A DNA stretch of 56,208 bases from the IMG/VR virus record IMGVR_UViG_3300043149_000013, positions 1 through 56,208 of that record, one strand, 5' to 3'. How positions within the stretch are numbered: position 1 is the first letter of the stretch; every line of letters begins with the position of its first letter. The stretch is from a virus (lineage: Duplodnaviria > Caudoviricetes). This document shows positions 27,077 to 37,169 of the stretch, piece by piece. The position numbers were made by a program, and so were the translations under genes. The notes below the pieces were generated by a model. It did not search any database, was not told the DNA's origin, and was given only the letters and a program-made list of their open reading frames with translations.

Positions 27077-27322
27077 ATGAACCGATGGGGCATTGCCGGA
27101 CTCGCGATTATCTTGGTGCCGCTGTTGTCACTCGCGGCCTTCACTCTGCACCAGCAGTGGCATTTTCTGACCCATACGTCCGCTACGGTATGGCTACAAG
27201 CGGGTGGTATCGCAGGAGCCGTGGTTCTGGTGTTCGTCGCGTGGATGCGCTTGGCAGTCTGGTGCCTGAATCGCGCGGACCAGCGTAGCCGCGAACAATG
27301 GAAACGGAGGGCCGGCGAATGA
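27077..27322 (+). CDS. Small protein with two TM segments
   Basis: Two hydrophobic helices and a basic tail. Confidence 0.55.
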   Translation: MNRWGIAGLAIILVPLLSLAAFTLHQQWHFLTHTSATVWLQAGGIAGAVVLVFVAWMRLAVWCLNRADQRSREQWKRRAGE

Positions 27323-27640
27323 CCGTCAGCAAAGAGCAGTTGCAGCAGATCCGCGAGGCGCTGTTGGAAGCCGTGCAGGAATGCACCGAGCACAACAACG
27401 AGTACCGATACATCACAGCGCAAACCGTCATTGACCGGTGGTCAGCGCTAGCACGGGAGTTGCCCCAATGAAACTGGAAGAGTTGAAAGAGCACGTGGAC
27501 AAGTTGCAACAGTTGCTTGCCGACCCGCACCCCGGCCTGTTCACCTGGATTGAATGGGTCGCTCACCACTGCAAGGCCATCGCCGAATTCTATTACGGGG
27601 ACGCCTACGAGATCGCAAAGAAGACGGGAGGGTTGCCCCA

Positions 27641-27865
27641 ATGAATCTTCCCTTGCCCGCCTTCGACACCGAAGAATCGACCGCCACCTTTGCCATTACG
27701 ATGGACTACTTGAGCGACCTGTTTACAGCATCGGGAAAAGAGACCTTCAGTAAATTGGAAGTGCTGCACATCTTGAATCTAGTGCGCGGGGATTCGGACT
27801 TGGTAGACCAGGACCGTCTGATGCAATTCGAAGCCTCGGTAGCGCATATTGGACCGGAGGAATAA
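27641..27865 (+). CDS. Hypothetical protein
   Basis: GGAGG RBS; ATGA coupling. Confidence 0.5.
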   Translation: MNLPLPAFDTEESTATFAITMDYLSDLFTASGKETFSKLEVLHILNLVRGDSDLVDQDRLMQFEASVAHIGPEE

Positions 27866-27872
27866 AAGAGCA

Positions 27873-28655
27873 ATGAAACGCAAAACGTTGGTGGCAGTAT
27901 TGAGTATCAGCGCGATCGGTTGCGGGTATGTTTCTCCCGACGCCGGTCATGAGGCGGTGTTGGTAGAAAAACCGTGGTTCTTTGGCCATGGCGGGGTGGA
28001 CCCGACGCCGGTCACCACCGGATCACAGATCGTCGCTTCCAGTACCGAGGCGATCATGGTCAACACACAGCCGATTCGATTCGATGAGGCGTTCGAAGAC
28101 ATGATGTCGAAAGACAACGTGCCGATGAGTTTTCACGCCGTGCCGCGAATGCAGATCACCAACACCGTGGATTTGATTCGCCGGTTTGGGATTGAGTGGT
28201 ACAAGAACAATGTGCAGCGCCAGTTCCAGAACTTCACCCGGAATGCTGCCAAAAGTTATTCAATGACGGACCTCGCAATCAATCAGGCAAGCGTGAAGGA
28301 TTTGGAATCGGACGTTCAGAAAGAACTCTCGCAATACCTTCTCAATCAGAGCATACCGGTAAAGTGCCTGGAAGTGACCGTAGGGCGCGTCAGCCCGCCC
28401 ACCCAGGTAATCGACGCCATCAAGGGAACCGCCGAGCAACAGCAGCGTATCAAGACGGAGGCGCAAAAGAAACTGGCCGAGGACGCTCGCCGAGCCGCCG
28501 AAGAAAGCCGCGCTATTGCCGATAAAGCCTATCAGGAAAAAATGGGCCTCACCTCCCAACAGTTCGTGGAGTTGGAAAAAATCAAGATGTGCGCGAGCAA
28601 ATCCAACTGCTCCGTATTCCTCGGATCGCAAGCGGTTCCGGTGGTGGGAAAGTAG
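27873..28655 (+). CDS. SPFH/band-7 domain lipoprotein
   Basis: Lipobox-like IGC; SPDAGHEAVLVEKPWFFGHGGVD; C-terminal coiled coil. Confidence 0.85.
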   Translation: MKRKTLVAVLSISAIGCGYVSPDAGHEAVLVEKPWFFGHGGVDPTPVTTGSQIVASSTEAIMVNTQPIRFDEAFEDMMSKDNVPMSFHAVPRMQITNTVDLIRRFGIEWYKNNVQRQFQNFTRNAAKSYSMTDLAINQASVKDLESDVQKELSQYLLNQSIPVKCLEVTVGRVSPPTQVIDAIKGTAEQQQRIKTEAQKKLAEDARRAAEESRAIADKAYQEKMGLTSQQFVELEKIKMCASKSNCSVFLGSQAVPVVGK

Positions 28656-28662
28656 GCTCTCA

Positions 28663-29037
28663 ATGGATTTGCACTTCGCCGGCAAGAACCCCGGCCGCCC
28701 CGATGAAGTCTGGATCGACCATGAAACCGGCACCATCCACATCCCCGGCGTTGCCCCACAACCCCTGGTGAATGAGACCAGCGGTAAGGAATACGAGCTC
28801 CTGAAAGAGCGGGACGCCGAGCGGCAGAGGATGATGCAGCACTGGAAACGCCAGATGCTCTCCCGCTTCCAATGCTTGCAGTGCAAGAAGACCTTCTGGG
28901 GAAAGTGGTGCCGGGTGAAGTGGCGCAACCTGGATGGGGTGCAAACGGAAACTCTGGTGTGTCCGGATCAGACATGTGACGGGCCTACCGTGATGGTGCA
29001 GGATGCGCTGAATTTGCGCGAGGTGCCGAAGCCGTGA
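28663..29037 (+). CDS. Zinc-ribbon protein
   Basis: CLQC...CPDQTC. Confidence 0.55.
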   Translation: MDLHFAGKNPGRPDEVWIDHETGTIHIPGVAPQPLVNETSGKEYELLKERDAERQRMMQHWKRQMLSRFQCLQCKKTFWGKWCRVKWRNLDGVQTETLVCPDQTCDGPTVMVQDALNLREVPKP

Positions 29038-29324
29038 ACACCTGTCCGAAGTGCCAGCAGAGCACCATGCCACCCCGGAGACCGGGCAGCAGCGCTACCG
29101 CGCGACAGTGCCAGAATCCGGAATGCCAATACGTGGAGGAATTCGAAAGTGAATCGGCTTCCTGAAACCGTTCTGCATCAACTGCGGCTGATGCGGAAAC
29201 GCGCGCCTAGCACTTGGACATGCACCAGCACCTATCATGATTTGGTCAGTCCATTTATCAATGGGAAAGACCCGCTGACGGTAGAGGTGATTCAAGAAAT
29301 CATCCGTCAGATAAAAGGAACCCA

Positions 29325-29843
29325 GTGAACCGCCGCGCTTTTATCGGAGCCTTGTTCGGGGCAGCCGCAGCAGCCGCCATTCCGGAAGATCCACAGCAGG
29401 CAATCGCACCACCCGCGAAAACGCCGGAGCAATGGTGGCAGCACTACACCTATTGCTTTGCCACCGAGATGCGCGGCGACAAGACCTACACTTTGGAACT
29501 GGCGGTAGACCGGGACTTTTGGATGTCGCACATCCAGTGGACCATGCCGGAAGGAACGCGCGTAGCCGTGCGGGAGAGCGGCAAGTTACTTTTTGAAATG
29601 GCAATGCCCGGAATGTTCACGGGACCCTTCAGCAGTTTCCCTGTCATGCCTGACCTTTTCGTTGCGGCCGGAACTTCCCTATCGGTGGACTTCCGCAACC
29701 CGGAGGGGCAGTTCCTGATGTCCCCGGCGATGCTGGCAATGACGGGACGGCGCGCGATGACCGAAGCAGAAATCGCAAGCTGGAATACCAAAGAGAAAGA
29801 TGACGAGGACGATGGTTTTTACGAGGACGAAGAAGAGTTATGA
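29325..29843 (+). CDS. Protein with a twin-arginine-like leader, paralogous to capsid-like 54884-55315
   Basis: MNRRAFIGALFGAAAAAA; DRDFWMSHI..FPVMPDLFVAAGTSLSVDFRN..MTGRR aligns with DADFAWRAI..WPVFPEILIPAGGRIGIDIQD..CRGVKR. Confidence 0.65.
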   Translation: MNRRAFIGALFGAAAAAAIPEDPQQAIAPPAKTPEQWWQHYTYCFATEMRGDKTYTLELAVDRDFWMSHIQWTMPEGTRVAVRESGKLLFEMAMPGMFTGPFSSFPVMPDLFVAAGTSLSVDFRNPEGQFLMSPAMLAMTGRRAMTEAEIASWNTKEKDDEDDGFYEDEEEL

Positions 29844-30121
29844 CCGACCAGCAGATTGATTCCCTGATAGACGCGCTCCGCCCCGAGTTGCGCACCGCGA
29901 TCAAAGGACTACTCGCCGGAGAACTAGTGCACGCCTTCAACATCGGCGCCCACAACTCCCAGACCGGGCAGCCGGGTACGATGGTCTGCTACATCGCCCA
30001 TGAGCCACTGGCGATTCTGATTGAAGGGGTATTGAGCGGGTTCGGGCAGATGCAGCAGCGCTCCATGGAGTTGCAGCAGCAGGCGCAACAGCCGGCACCA
30101 CGCATCATCCAACCGAGTTGA
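29840..30121 (+). CDS. Hypothetical protein
   Basis: ATGA coupling. Confidence 0.55.
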   Translation: MTDQQIDSLIDALRPELRTAIKGLLAGELVHAFNIGAHNSQTGQPGTMVCYIAHEPLAILIEGVLSGFGQMQQRSMELQQQAQQPAPRIIQPS

Positions 30122-30336
30122 AACGCCATGCTGCTACCTGACGCAAGAGACCCCAACACACCGCATGATCCAGGTGGCCCGAAGTGCCGATATGAATGTG
30201 GATCGCCTGTAACCCATTTCTGCGAAGAATGCGCCGGTGGGGCATCGGGACTCTCGGGATACTTCTGCGAGTTCCACGCGCGACGGCATGACCTGAAAGA
30301 CAACGGCGGGACCATACTCGCCGCTCCGATCCGACC

Positions 30337-30657
30337 ATGAAGGGCACCACCTACGGCGGTATCGTACACTTCCCCCGGCATCCGGAAGCGGACATGCACG
30401 GTCTGATGCGCGCGGCCATGCGAACGACCAGCCTATTGCAGTTGGAGACCGCCTGCCAGATGTGGGATATCCCCTTCCGCTTGTCCTTGATGGGCATGGG
30501 GGTGTGGTCGGTATCGAAGTCGATTGCCGAGATTCACGCAACGGAGCGGAACTACGGGTTCCTGCTGGTGTGCCCTTTGTCTCAGGCGTATTTGGAAGCG
30601 GAGTACTATCAGGCGATTCCCAGGAATCTACTGGCACGCAGGAAGGAGCGGAAGTGA
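30337..30657 (+). CDS. Hypothetical protein
   Basis: ATGA coupling. Confidence 0.45.
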   Translation: MKGTTYGGIVHFPRHPEADMHGLMRAAMRTTSLLQLETACQMWDIPFRLSLMGMGVWSVSKSIAEIHATERNYGFLLVCPLSQAYLEAEYYQAIPRNLLARRKERK

Positions 30658-31167
30658 TTCAAGTACGCAGCGTTTGGGCAAGTTCGTGGATGTGCTGGCG
30701 TTGTGGCGGGTCTCATGGCGGGGATGATGAAATGTTCCAGGTGACGATAACGGATGCGGAAGGGAACTGGAGGACTTCCGCGTGTATGTGCCGAGGTTGT
30801 GCGGGAGGCAGAGACCCTAACGGTGGTTTCAGTTGGGCGCTTCCAATCATCGGAGCAATCTGCAATGGCAGGCAGGTTTGGTGGAAACTGCGTCTCCGTC
30901 TTGCGTGGCGCATCTTGCGGGGTACGCTCCAATGACCATCCTTGAAGTTCACGTCTCCGACACGCCCGAAGGATTCCGCGCGGCCCTCGGTCCCACACTG
31001 ATGCGCTGGAAAGAAGTATGGACGGATGGAACGGTGGAGCCGCATGTGATGTCCATCAGCACGGAGGGGATTGTCTGCACGGCTCCGACGCGCGAGCAGG
31101 CGGTACGGGAATTGGCGCAGGTGTTTCAAGATCTGCTGTTCGAACCGATCCGACAGGCAACACGAAA

Positions 31168-32040
31168 ATGAAGCGCATGATGCACGTCCAGAACTTTAGC
31201 GGCGGGTTGTGCTCGTTCTGGAGTGCGGTACGGGTGGCCGAGAAGCATGGGACCTCGGACCTCACGCTGCTATTTGCCGATACGCTCATCGAAGATGAGG
31301 AACTTTATGAATTCAACGAGCGCGCCGCGCAATATCTGGGAGTTCCGATCACGCGGATTTCTCTTGGCGTGACCCCATGGGAGTTGTTCCGAAGCCAGGG
31401 TTTAATCGGCAACTCGCGCTTTCCCATCTGCTCGATTTATTTGAAGCGCGAACCGCTGGACGAATGGCACGCGGCCCATTGTGTAAGCGCCACAGAGGAA
31501 CAGCAGGAATCCCTATTCGATATCAATGACAAGCGCCCGGCAACAATCTACGTCGGATTCGACTGGACAGAAGAAAACCGCCTGAAAGATCTTCGCGCGG
31601 AGCGTCCAGACTGGCGGATTGAAGCGCCGATGTGTGATTCTCCCCTCTGGGACAAATGCCAGATGGAACGGGAGGCACGCGCCATTGGAATGCCGATTCC
31701 CCGGCTGTACGGATTGGGATTTCCGCACAACAACTGCGGCGGGCGATGCGTACGGGCTGGCATCTCGCATTGGGTTCACCTGTATCACGTACTGCCGAGT
31801 CGCTACCTGGAATGGGAAGTAGAAGAGCAATCAACCAAGGTGGAACTGGAAAGGCGCGGTATCAAGCCGTTTTCTATCCTGAAAGACCGGCGCGGTGGCT
31901 TCTACAAACCCCTCTGGCTGGCAGACCTTCGAATCCGCATCCAATCCGGAGAGAAGTTTGACAAATACGATTGGGGCGGCTGCGGATGTGGCGGCGCGAC
32001 CCAGGAACAAAACGCCATAGTCTCAATTACAGAGCAATGA
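31168..32040 (+). CDS. PAPS reductase / adenine nucleotide alpha-hydrolase family protein
   Basis: NFSGGLCS PP-loop, FADTL.ED, CS..LK, GFPHNNCGGRCVRAG, WGGCGC. Confidence 0.85.
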   Translation: MKRMMHVQNFSGGLCSFWSAVRVAEKHGTSDLTLLFADTLIEDEELYEFNERAAQYLGVPITRISLGVTPWELFRSQGLIGNSRFPICSIYLKREPLDEWHAAHCVSATEEQQESLFDINDKRPATIYVGFDWTEENRLKDLRAERPDWRIEAPMCDSPLWDKCQMEREARAIGMPIPRLYGLGFPHNNCGGRCVRAGISHWVHLYHVLPSRYLEWEVEEQSTKVELERRGIKPFSILKDRRGGFYKPLWLADLRIRIQSGEKFDKYDWGGCGCGGATQEQNAIVSITEQ

Positions 32041-32041
32041 A

Positions 32042-32082
32042 AAGGGGAGCGGCCCTGCAACCCCAGGATCGCCGCTCCCCTT
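32042..32082. terminator. Hairpin terminator between convergent operons
   Basis: 12-bp stem AAGGGGAGCGGC/GCCGCTCCCCTT; short T-run on the minus strand. Confidence 0.65.
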
Positions 32083-32103
32083 CCCCCTCGGTGTGTGTCC
32101 CTG

Positions 32104-32460
32104 CTACTTCCCTTGTGCCGTCAATTGAATCTGCTGCCGCGCGGCCGCTTCCGCGACAGACGGCGGATACCCATGACTCCACAACTGCGCGAGCTGCCCC
32201 ACGTTCAAGTGCACCTTCACAGCTTCCACTTGGATGTCAAAGAACGGCACCTTGGATGACACCACGACCGGCCCGCCCATCTGGTAGCCGAACGGCCAGT
32301 CCTCGACAATTGCCGGCGACAGGTCGGAAAGTACCGATGCCAGATCTGTGGCGCATTGGTCTGTGGCGCAATACCACGGGTGAATGGGAGTCGGCGGCGC
32401 GTCTCCCACAGTAACGGTCACATCGTCCCGGTAGGTGGGTACGAATTGTTCGCTGTTCAT
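32104..32460 (-). CDS. Hypothetical protein
   Basis: ATGA coupling. Confidence 0.55.
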   Translation of the reverse strand: MNSEQFVPTYRDDVTVTVGDAPPTPIHPWYCATDQCATDLASVLSDLSPAIVEDWPFGYQMGGPVVVSSKVPFFDIQVEAVKVHLNVGQLAQLWSHGYPPSVAEAAARQQIQLTAQGK

Positions 32461-32705
32461 GCTTTGGTTCCTTTTGTGAAAACTCCGGAGGTGTTGAGCA
32501 TGGTGACGGTCTGGTCAATCAGATGGCTGACCAGCGCCACATGCGCTTCCGGAACCTTTTCTCCTACCGCGGTAGCGGCGGTTACGGCAGTCAGGACTGC
32601 CTGTTTCTTGGTCGCGCCCGGCTGCCCGTGCAGCGCCCCTTCGACCGCCACCACGCCATTCAGCACGTAGGGCAGGTATTGGAGAGCGAGTAAAAAGTAG
32701 TTCAT
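32457..32705 (-). CDS. Holin-like amphipathic protein
   Basis: LP.V..GV.AVE..G..KK..V..LID..V..LN..GVF pattern. Confidence 0.55.
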   Translation of the reverse strand: MNYFLLALQYLPYVLNGVVAVEGALHGQPGATKKQAVLTAVTAATAVGEKVPEAHVALVSHLIDQTVTMLNTSGVFTKGTKA

Positions 32706-33778
32706 CGTTTGTGCGTCCTTTCGTTTTTCATCGCGGCGATAGTGGCTTGCCGCTTCTTGCTACGGGAATATCGGAAACTGCACCATCCGCGATGCCCCGC
32801 CGTCTTCCCACAGCCACAGAGTATCTCGCGGTTCTGTCGCGCAGCGCGGTAGAAGAATACAGCACTGCTTTTGCTGATTCCCGCCGCCGCTGCAATTTCT
32901 CGGAGAGATGCGCCAGCGTTGGCGGACTTTTGCGCTTGTATCGTTTGTTGCTGAGACAAGCAGACCCTTCTTTTGTCCGGCGTTTTTCGCACAACCATGC
33001 GAACACTGGTTTTCTTACAGGACCCGCAGCGCCACCTGCTATTACCATTGCGGGTTTTCCCAAATGGCGCTAATCGTCCACCGCAGAAGCAGCAGTTTAC
33101 TGCAGGATCTTTGCGTCTACGGTCGGGGATATCGGAGGCAACCCGAGTCGGCGCGTCAACTCCGGTCGCAACTTTGCTTCGAGTTTGGCCGCGTTCAATA
33201 CCAGTTCGAAGGCCCTCAGTTGGATGTCCCGATTCTTGGCAATCACTCGCGCCCGCGCTTCGCTCAGTGATCCATCCTTCAGAGAGTCGATTTCCAACTC
33301 CACGCTCATCATCAGATCGTTGATCGTTCGCAGACCCGTTGTGTCCTTTACGGGTGCGGATTTGGTTACTTTTTTCGGCGATTTCATAATACTCCTTTCG
33401 TTTACAAATTGTTCTTTCTTCTCCGGTTGGGGATGCGCCACACAACTTACACTTTCTTAACCCGATGACGTTCGGCCCAATCCAGGCATGACCATAGACG
33501 ATATTCCAGTGTTGACCACACATCCCATCCAAAAAGGCATCCTTCTGGCACCGCAACCCGGCACCAGTCACATGCCAGCATCTTATTCCTGAAACCTCAG
33601 CGGCGTGCTCCAATAAAGCACGATGCAGTAGACGGACTGTTCTTTCCAGCCGGATTATATCCCGCGCATAGGATGCAGCCGCAGAAGCGATACCGGCTAA
33701 CTTTCGCTCCGTGACCGACATCTCTTCGTGAGTCTGTTCTTTGTCGCGCCATCGCCGCCAATTGTCTTTTGAATCCAT
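32702..33778 (-). CDS. Multi-zinc-finger/HTH protein with an InsA-like zinc ribbon in the C-terminal third
   Basis: CCFC..G..RNG..RWRCGSCKKT, GASLREIAAAAGISKSS HTH, CGCGK..HRGWC; middle part overlaps another ORF. Confidence 0.5.
   Translation of the reverse strand: MDSKDNWRRWRDKEQTHEEMSVTERKLAGIASAAASYARDIIRLERTVRLLHRALLEHAAEVSGIRCWHVTGAGLRCQKDAFLDGMCGQHWNIVYGHAWIGPNVIGLRKCKLCGASPTGEERTICKRKEYYEIAEKSNQIRTRKGHNGSANDQRSDDERGVGNRLSEGWITERSAGASDCQESGHPTEGLRTGIERGQTRSKVATGVDAPTRVASDIPDRRRKDPAVNCCFCGGRLAPFGKTRNGNSRWRCGSCKKTSVRMVVRKTPDKRRVCLSQQQTIQAQKSANAGASLREIAAAAGISKSSAVFFYRAARQNREILCGCGKTAGHRGWCSFRYSRSKKRQATIAAMKNERTHKR
33097..33387 (-). CDS. Nested helical protein in an alternative frame
   Basis: AGGAG RBS before ATG; LRTINDLM..EIDSLKDG.LS..ARVI amphipathic helices. 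Confidence 0.55.
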   Translation of the reverse strand: MKSPKKVTKSAPVKDTTGLRTINDLMMSVELEIDSLKDGSLSEARARVIAKNRDIQLRAFELVLNAAKLEAKLRPELTRRLGLPPISPTVDAKILQ

Positions 33779-33801
33779 CTGCTTTTGATTTCCCGACCCC
33801 G

Positions 33802-34911
33802 TTACATCATGGCGGTAGCTTCGCCGCCGTCTTCATCCCGTTCCAAAAAGTATTTGCGTACGTCGTCCCGGAGCCGGGGTTTGTTACCGGCCCACCTCCA
33901 CACCCCTTGCCAGTCGCGCGCCAGGTCCCGTACCGGATCAAAATCATGATTCACTAGAATCCGCCACCGATCGCCGTACGCGCGCCGGCCGTGCGTCCCG
34001 TGGAAGTAATGCACCGCGAAGTTATCCACACACCCGATATTCCGCGAGAGCAGCGCGGCCCGCGCCTGCCATGACCGGATGGAGGCATTGTACGCCCGCC
34101 CGGTAAATTCTGTCTCCAGCCGCGCGGAAGTCCCTTCGATCAATCCGAAGGCCATGTGCCAGTCCCCAGACCCCAGCACGCAAGTATCGAGCAATCCCCC
34201 TACGGTATCGAAGGCGGACCGTTTCCAGGCCCAGGCGCCGCCGGGGGACCCTGGAGCCATCCCGAAGGGGAAAAGCGCTCCCTGGGGCACGGGAAGGCCG
34301 TAGTAGGGGTCTTTTTTGCACTGTGCCAACTTGCGCGCCTTGAATTCCGCCTGGTGCGTGTAGTTCCACCCAAACGAGGAGTTCAGGCGGTAGGGCCGGT
34401 GTCCCGTGTTCGAGTGCGGTACCTGGGGAGTCAGATCGCTGTAGCTCGAAAACAGTTGCACGAAGTCATGGTGCTGCAACAGGTGAATCGCTTCGAGCGC
34501 CCAATCGTGCCGGGTGAAGTGGAAGTCCATGTCGCAGTACCCGGCGTACTTGTAATCGGCCGGTAGACGGGTAGCGGCCACATTGATGAGGTTTTCCTTG
34601 TGCCACATTTCCGAATCGGTTCGCACCTGCACGTCGTTCGGATGTTCTCCCGTTAATTCGAAGGGGCGGGTGCCGTGGGCGAGCTCGACCACATGCAGGG
34701 CCACGTTCGGGGTGTTGCGCAAATGGCGGATGGCGTTTGCGGCATGTTCGCGCCGGGTCCTCCAGCGGAACGGATTGTCATACACGCCGATGATGTGCAG
34801 GGTTTCGTCCTCGGACCATTGCGTCCAGGGACGGTGCACGTTCGGGTGCTGCAGTTTGTTGCCCAGGGCCGTGAGCATCTGGGCCAGTTCGGAGAGGGTG
34901 GGGTCGGGCAT
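33802..34911 (-). CDS. GT-A fold glycosyltransferase-like protein
   Basis: VVELA.G..PF, WHKENLIN, CDMDF (DxD), GGAWA..R, LGSGD, HYFHG. Confidence 0.7.
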   Translation of the reverse strand: MPDPTLSELAQMLTALGNKLQHPNVHRPWTQWSEDETLHIIGVYDNPFRWRTRREHAANAIRHLRNTPNVALHVVELAHGTRPFELTGEHPNDVQVRTDSEMWHKENLINVAATRLPADYKYAGYCDMDFHFTRHDWALEAIHLLQHHDFVQLFSSYSDLTPQVPHSNTGHRPYRLNSSFGWNYTHQAEFKARKLAQCKKDPYYGLPVPQGALFPFGMAPGSPGGAWAWKRSAFDTVGGLLDTCVLGSGDWHMAFGLIEGTSARLETEFTGRAYNASIRSWQARAALLSRNIGCVDNFAVHYFHGTHGRRAYGDRWRILVNHDFDPVRDLARDWQGVWRWAGNKPRLRDDVRKYFLERDEDGGEATAMM

Positions 34912-35098
34912 TAGGGGAGTTGTACCTTGACGCGCGCCGATACCGCCGTCTTTTCGCGGATGACAGGGACGGAGTGGATTAAGGCTCCGGTGCTCTTCTC
35001 GTATTCCTGGAGGAGAGCGGAGATGCTGAGGGCCAAATCTGCAGCTTGTTTCTTGGCTTGGTTGATCGTGACGTCTGCCATGGGGGTCCTTTCGAGTT

Positions 35099-35692
35099 TT
35101 AAAGGCTTTCTTGATTTGGGACTAGTGCGCCGCTGGCTTCGATTACAGGGCGCGCGGCTATTGGCAACGGGAATTCTTCACACAGGACATTCAACTGCAT
35201 GTCGAACCGTCGCGGCTTCAGAGTCTTCGGCAAATAAAGCGGGTGTTCCGGTTCGCCGCTTCCGATCAGGCGCAAGGCGTATACCGGGGAACTGGACAGG
35301 AGTTGCCGCAATCGCCTGGAGCGGGAATCGATCTTCGCGTGCGCTCCCCATCCACAGAGAAACAGGTCGGAATCGCTAACGGCATCCAGAATGTAACGCT
35401 CGTTCGACCAGATCGAAAAGCAATCTTCTTTTCTGGAATGCAACTCTTTCGGATTGGTCGCACACCAGGGGAATGCATTCACGACTGCGACTGATCCAAA
35501 CCCCCACAGCCGCGCGAACATCTGGAGTTTGCGCAAGGTCGGGTCATCAATCTGTTCGCTTGCGGTGGAAGGGTTGGTGAGGCAGCACCCGAGTTTCGGA
35601 AGGGATGGAGCCCACGTGCGGCGCAGGATAAAACGGTTCATGTGCTCGGCATCGAACACCGCGCTGGCCTTCACTCCCAATTGCAGACGCAT
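35099..35692 (-). CDS. DUF1643 family protein
   Basis: R..L.R.W, NPSTA..DDPT.R, W.FG..VVN.F..AT.P, WG, G.P.HPLY. Confidence 0.85.
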   Translation of the reverse strand: MRLQLGVKASAVFDAEHMNRFILRRTWAPSLPKLGCCLTNPSTASEQIDDPTLRKLQMFARLWGFGSVAVVNAFPWCATNPKELHSRKEDCFSIWSNERYILDAVSDSDLFLCGWGAHAKIDSRSRRLRQLLSSSPVYALRLIGSGEPEHPLYLPKTLKPRRFDMQLNVLCEEFPLPIAARPVIEASGALVPNQESL

Positions 35693-35695
35693 GGC

Positions 35696-35980
35696 CTACT
35701 CCAATTCCAATCGTTGTTGTGGATCTTCTGCCGGTCTCTTCCAGCGCTCTTCATTCAGCCACGAATTAAAGGCTTCCACTGCCGCAAAGACGGTCTCACA
35801 CGGGATCTTCACCCACTTTTTGTCTTTGCAGATTTTGAGCATTACTCCCCACTTCTTGCTTACCGGGTCCTGGTAGGCTTCGATTTCCATCAGTACGCCG
35901 TCATGGTGTGCCCGGTAGGTGCCCGTAGCGTGTACCCGGTCGATGATGCGCTGCCGGGTGACCGGGGCAAGGGAGGTCAT
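35696..35980 (-). CDS. Hypothetical protein
   Basis: AGGAG RBS. Confidence 0.5.
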   Translation of the reverse strand: MTSLAPVTRQRIIDRVHATGTYRAHHDGVLMEIEAYQDPVSKKWGVMLKICKDKKWVKIPCETVFAAVEAFNSWLNEERWKRPAEDPQQRLELE

Positions 35981-36149
35981 GCCCGCTCCTGCTTTACGGC
36001 GTCACACATTCGGGAATGCAACTCGCCGGATAGAATCATGGCCAGTTCCGCATAGGTCAGATCATACTCCAGGGCCACGCGGTTGACTGTTTCCACAATC
36101 ACGGCGCGGGCCGCGTTCACTTGGGCGGTGCGGGGATGCAGTGTAATGC

Positions 36150-37169
36150 TCATGCGGTTTGTTCCCGTTCTTCAAATTGCAGCGATTCCTGATTCTGCTC
36201 TTCGGCTCCCACTTCCGGAACTGTGGCCAGGTTGCGCACGGCCTGTTTGTAGTAACTGGGCTTCAGTTCGATACCTACACCCCGGCGACCCGCGCGTACT
36301 GCGGCGTAGACTTCCGACCCCACGCCCATAAACGGAGTGAGGACGGTTTCGCCGGGGTTCGACCACAATTCAGCGCAGCGCGTAATCACATCCAGTTGCA
36401 ACGGGTGGACATGCTTTTCGTCTTCGGCGTCCCGCGCTTCACGGTAAGGAAGAACACCTTCTGCTTTGGTGCCCGTATTCCCTCGGATGTCATCCCAAAT
36501 TGCAGAAGCGTATTGTCGCCAAATCCACTGGGAGTACCGGTTTTCAATCTGGCTGCCCTTCCACCCGCGATAGCGCAGCAACTCGGCGGGAATCTTCCGC
36601 TCGCCGGCATACGAGAGCAATCCGCGCGCGTGCGTCACCGGCACCGGATTCTTGCCCTTCTTGCGAAACACCAGCACGTAGTCCGATCCCGCCATAGAAC
36701 AGTCACAAGAGTCATCCACAATCGTTTTGTGCGCTAGGGATTTGGTCAGCGTCCGGTTGCGTACCGTGAGGGGTTCTTTCCAAATGCTGATGCGCGGCGA
36801 GGCCTGCCGGAAGCCGATCTTTTCATGCAACTGGATGATGTGACCCGGAAAGTCGGAGTAGGAATCGCACCCCGTGTTGCCGCCCGGCACGTCCATGCAA
36901 TGCACGCAGGTCATGCGCCCCGGCATAGTGAGGCGATAGAGTTCCCTCACAAAGAATTCATAGTGCTCAAAGAACTCCGCGTACGAGCGCGAGTTGGAGA
37001 GATCCCGGTCGGACGAGGAGTAGTGGTAAAGCGCGCCGCCCGAGTCGGTAGCGAACGGCGGCGAATAGATCGACAGATGCACCGACCCGTCCGGCAATGT
37101 GGGTAGGACCTCGAGCGCATCCCCGTTGTAGAGCGCGTACCGATCCGTCAACAACTGGTCTATAACCAC
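36150..37169 (-). CDS. DNA amino-methyltransferase (N4-mC/N6-mA, beta class)
   Basis: SPPF catalytic motif; KHVHPLQLD; TPFMGVGSE; GIELK. Confidence 0.9.
   Translation of the reverse strand: MVIDQLLTDRYALYNGDALEVLPTLPDGSVHLSIYSPPFATDSGGALYHYSSSDRDLSNSRSYAEFFEHYEFFVRELYRLTMPGRMTCVHCMDVPGGNTGCDSYSDFPGHIIQLHEKIGFRQASPRISIWKEPLTVRNRTLTKSLAHKTIVDDSCDCSMAGSDYVLVFRKKGKNPVPVTHARGLLSYAGERKIPAELLRYRGWKGSQIENRYSQWIWRQYASAIWDDIRGNTGTKAEGVLPYREARDAEDEKHVHPLQLDVITRCAELWSNPGETVLTPFMGVGSEVYAAVRAGRRGVGIELKPSYYKQAVRNLATVPEVGAEEQNQESLQFEEREQTA

Noticed and set aside
32702-33100. IS1 element
   Set aside because: Only an InsA-like zinc ribbon/HTH is present; no DDE transposase or terminal inverted repeats are seen
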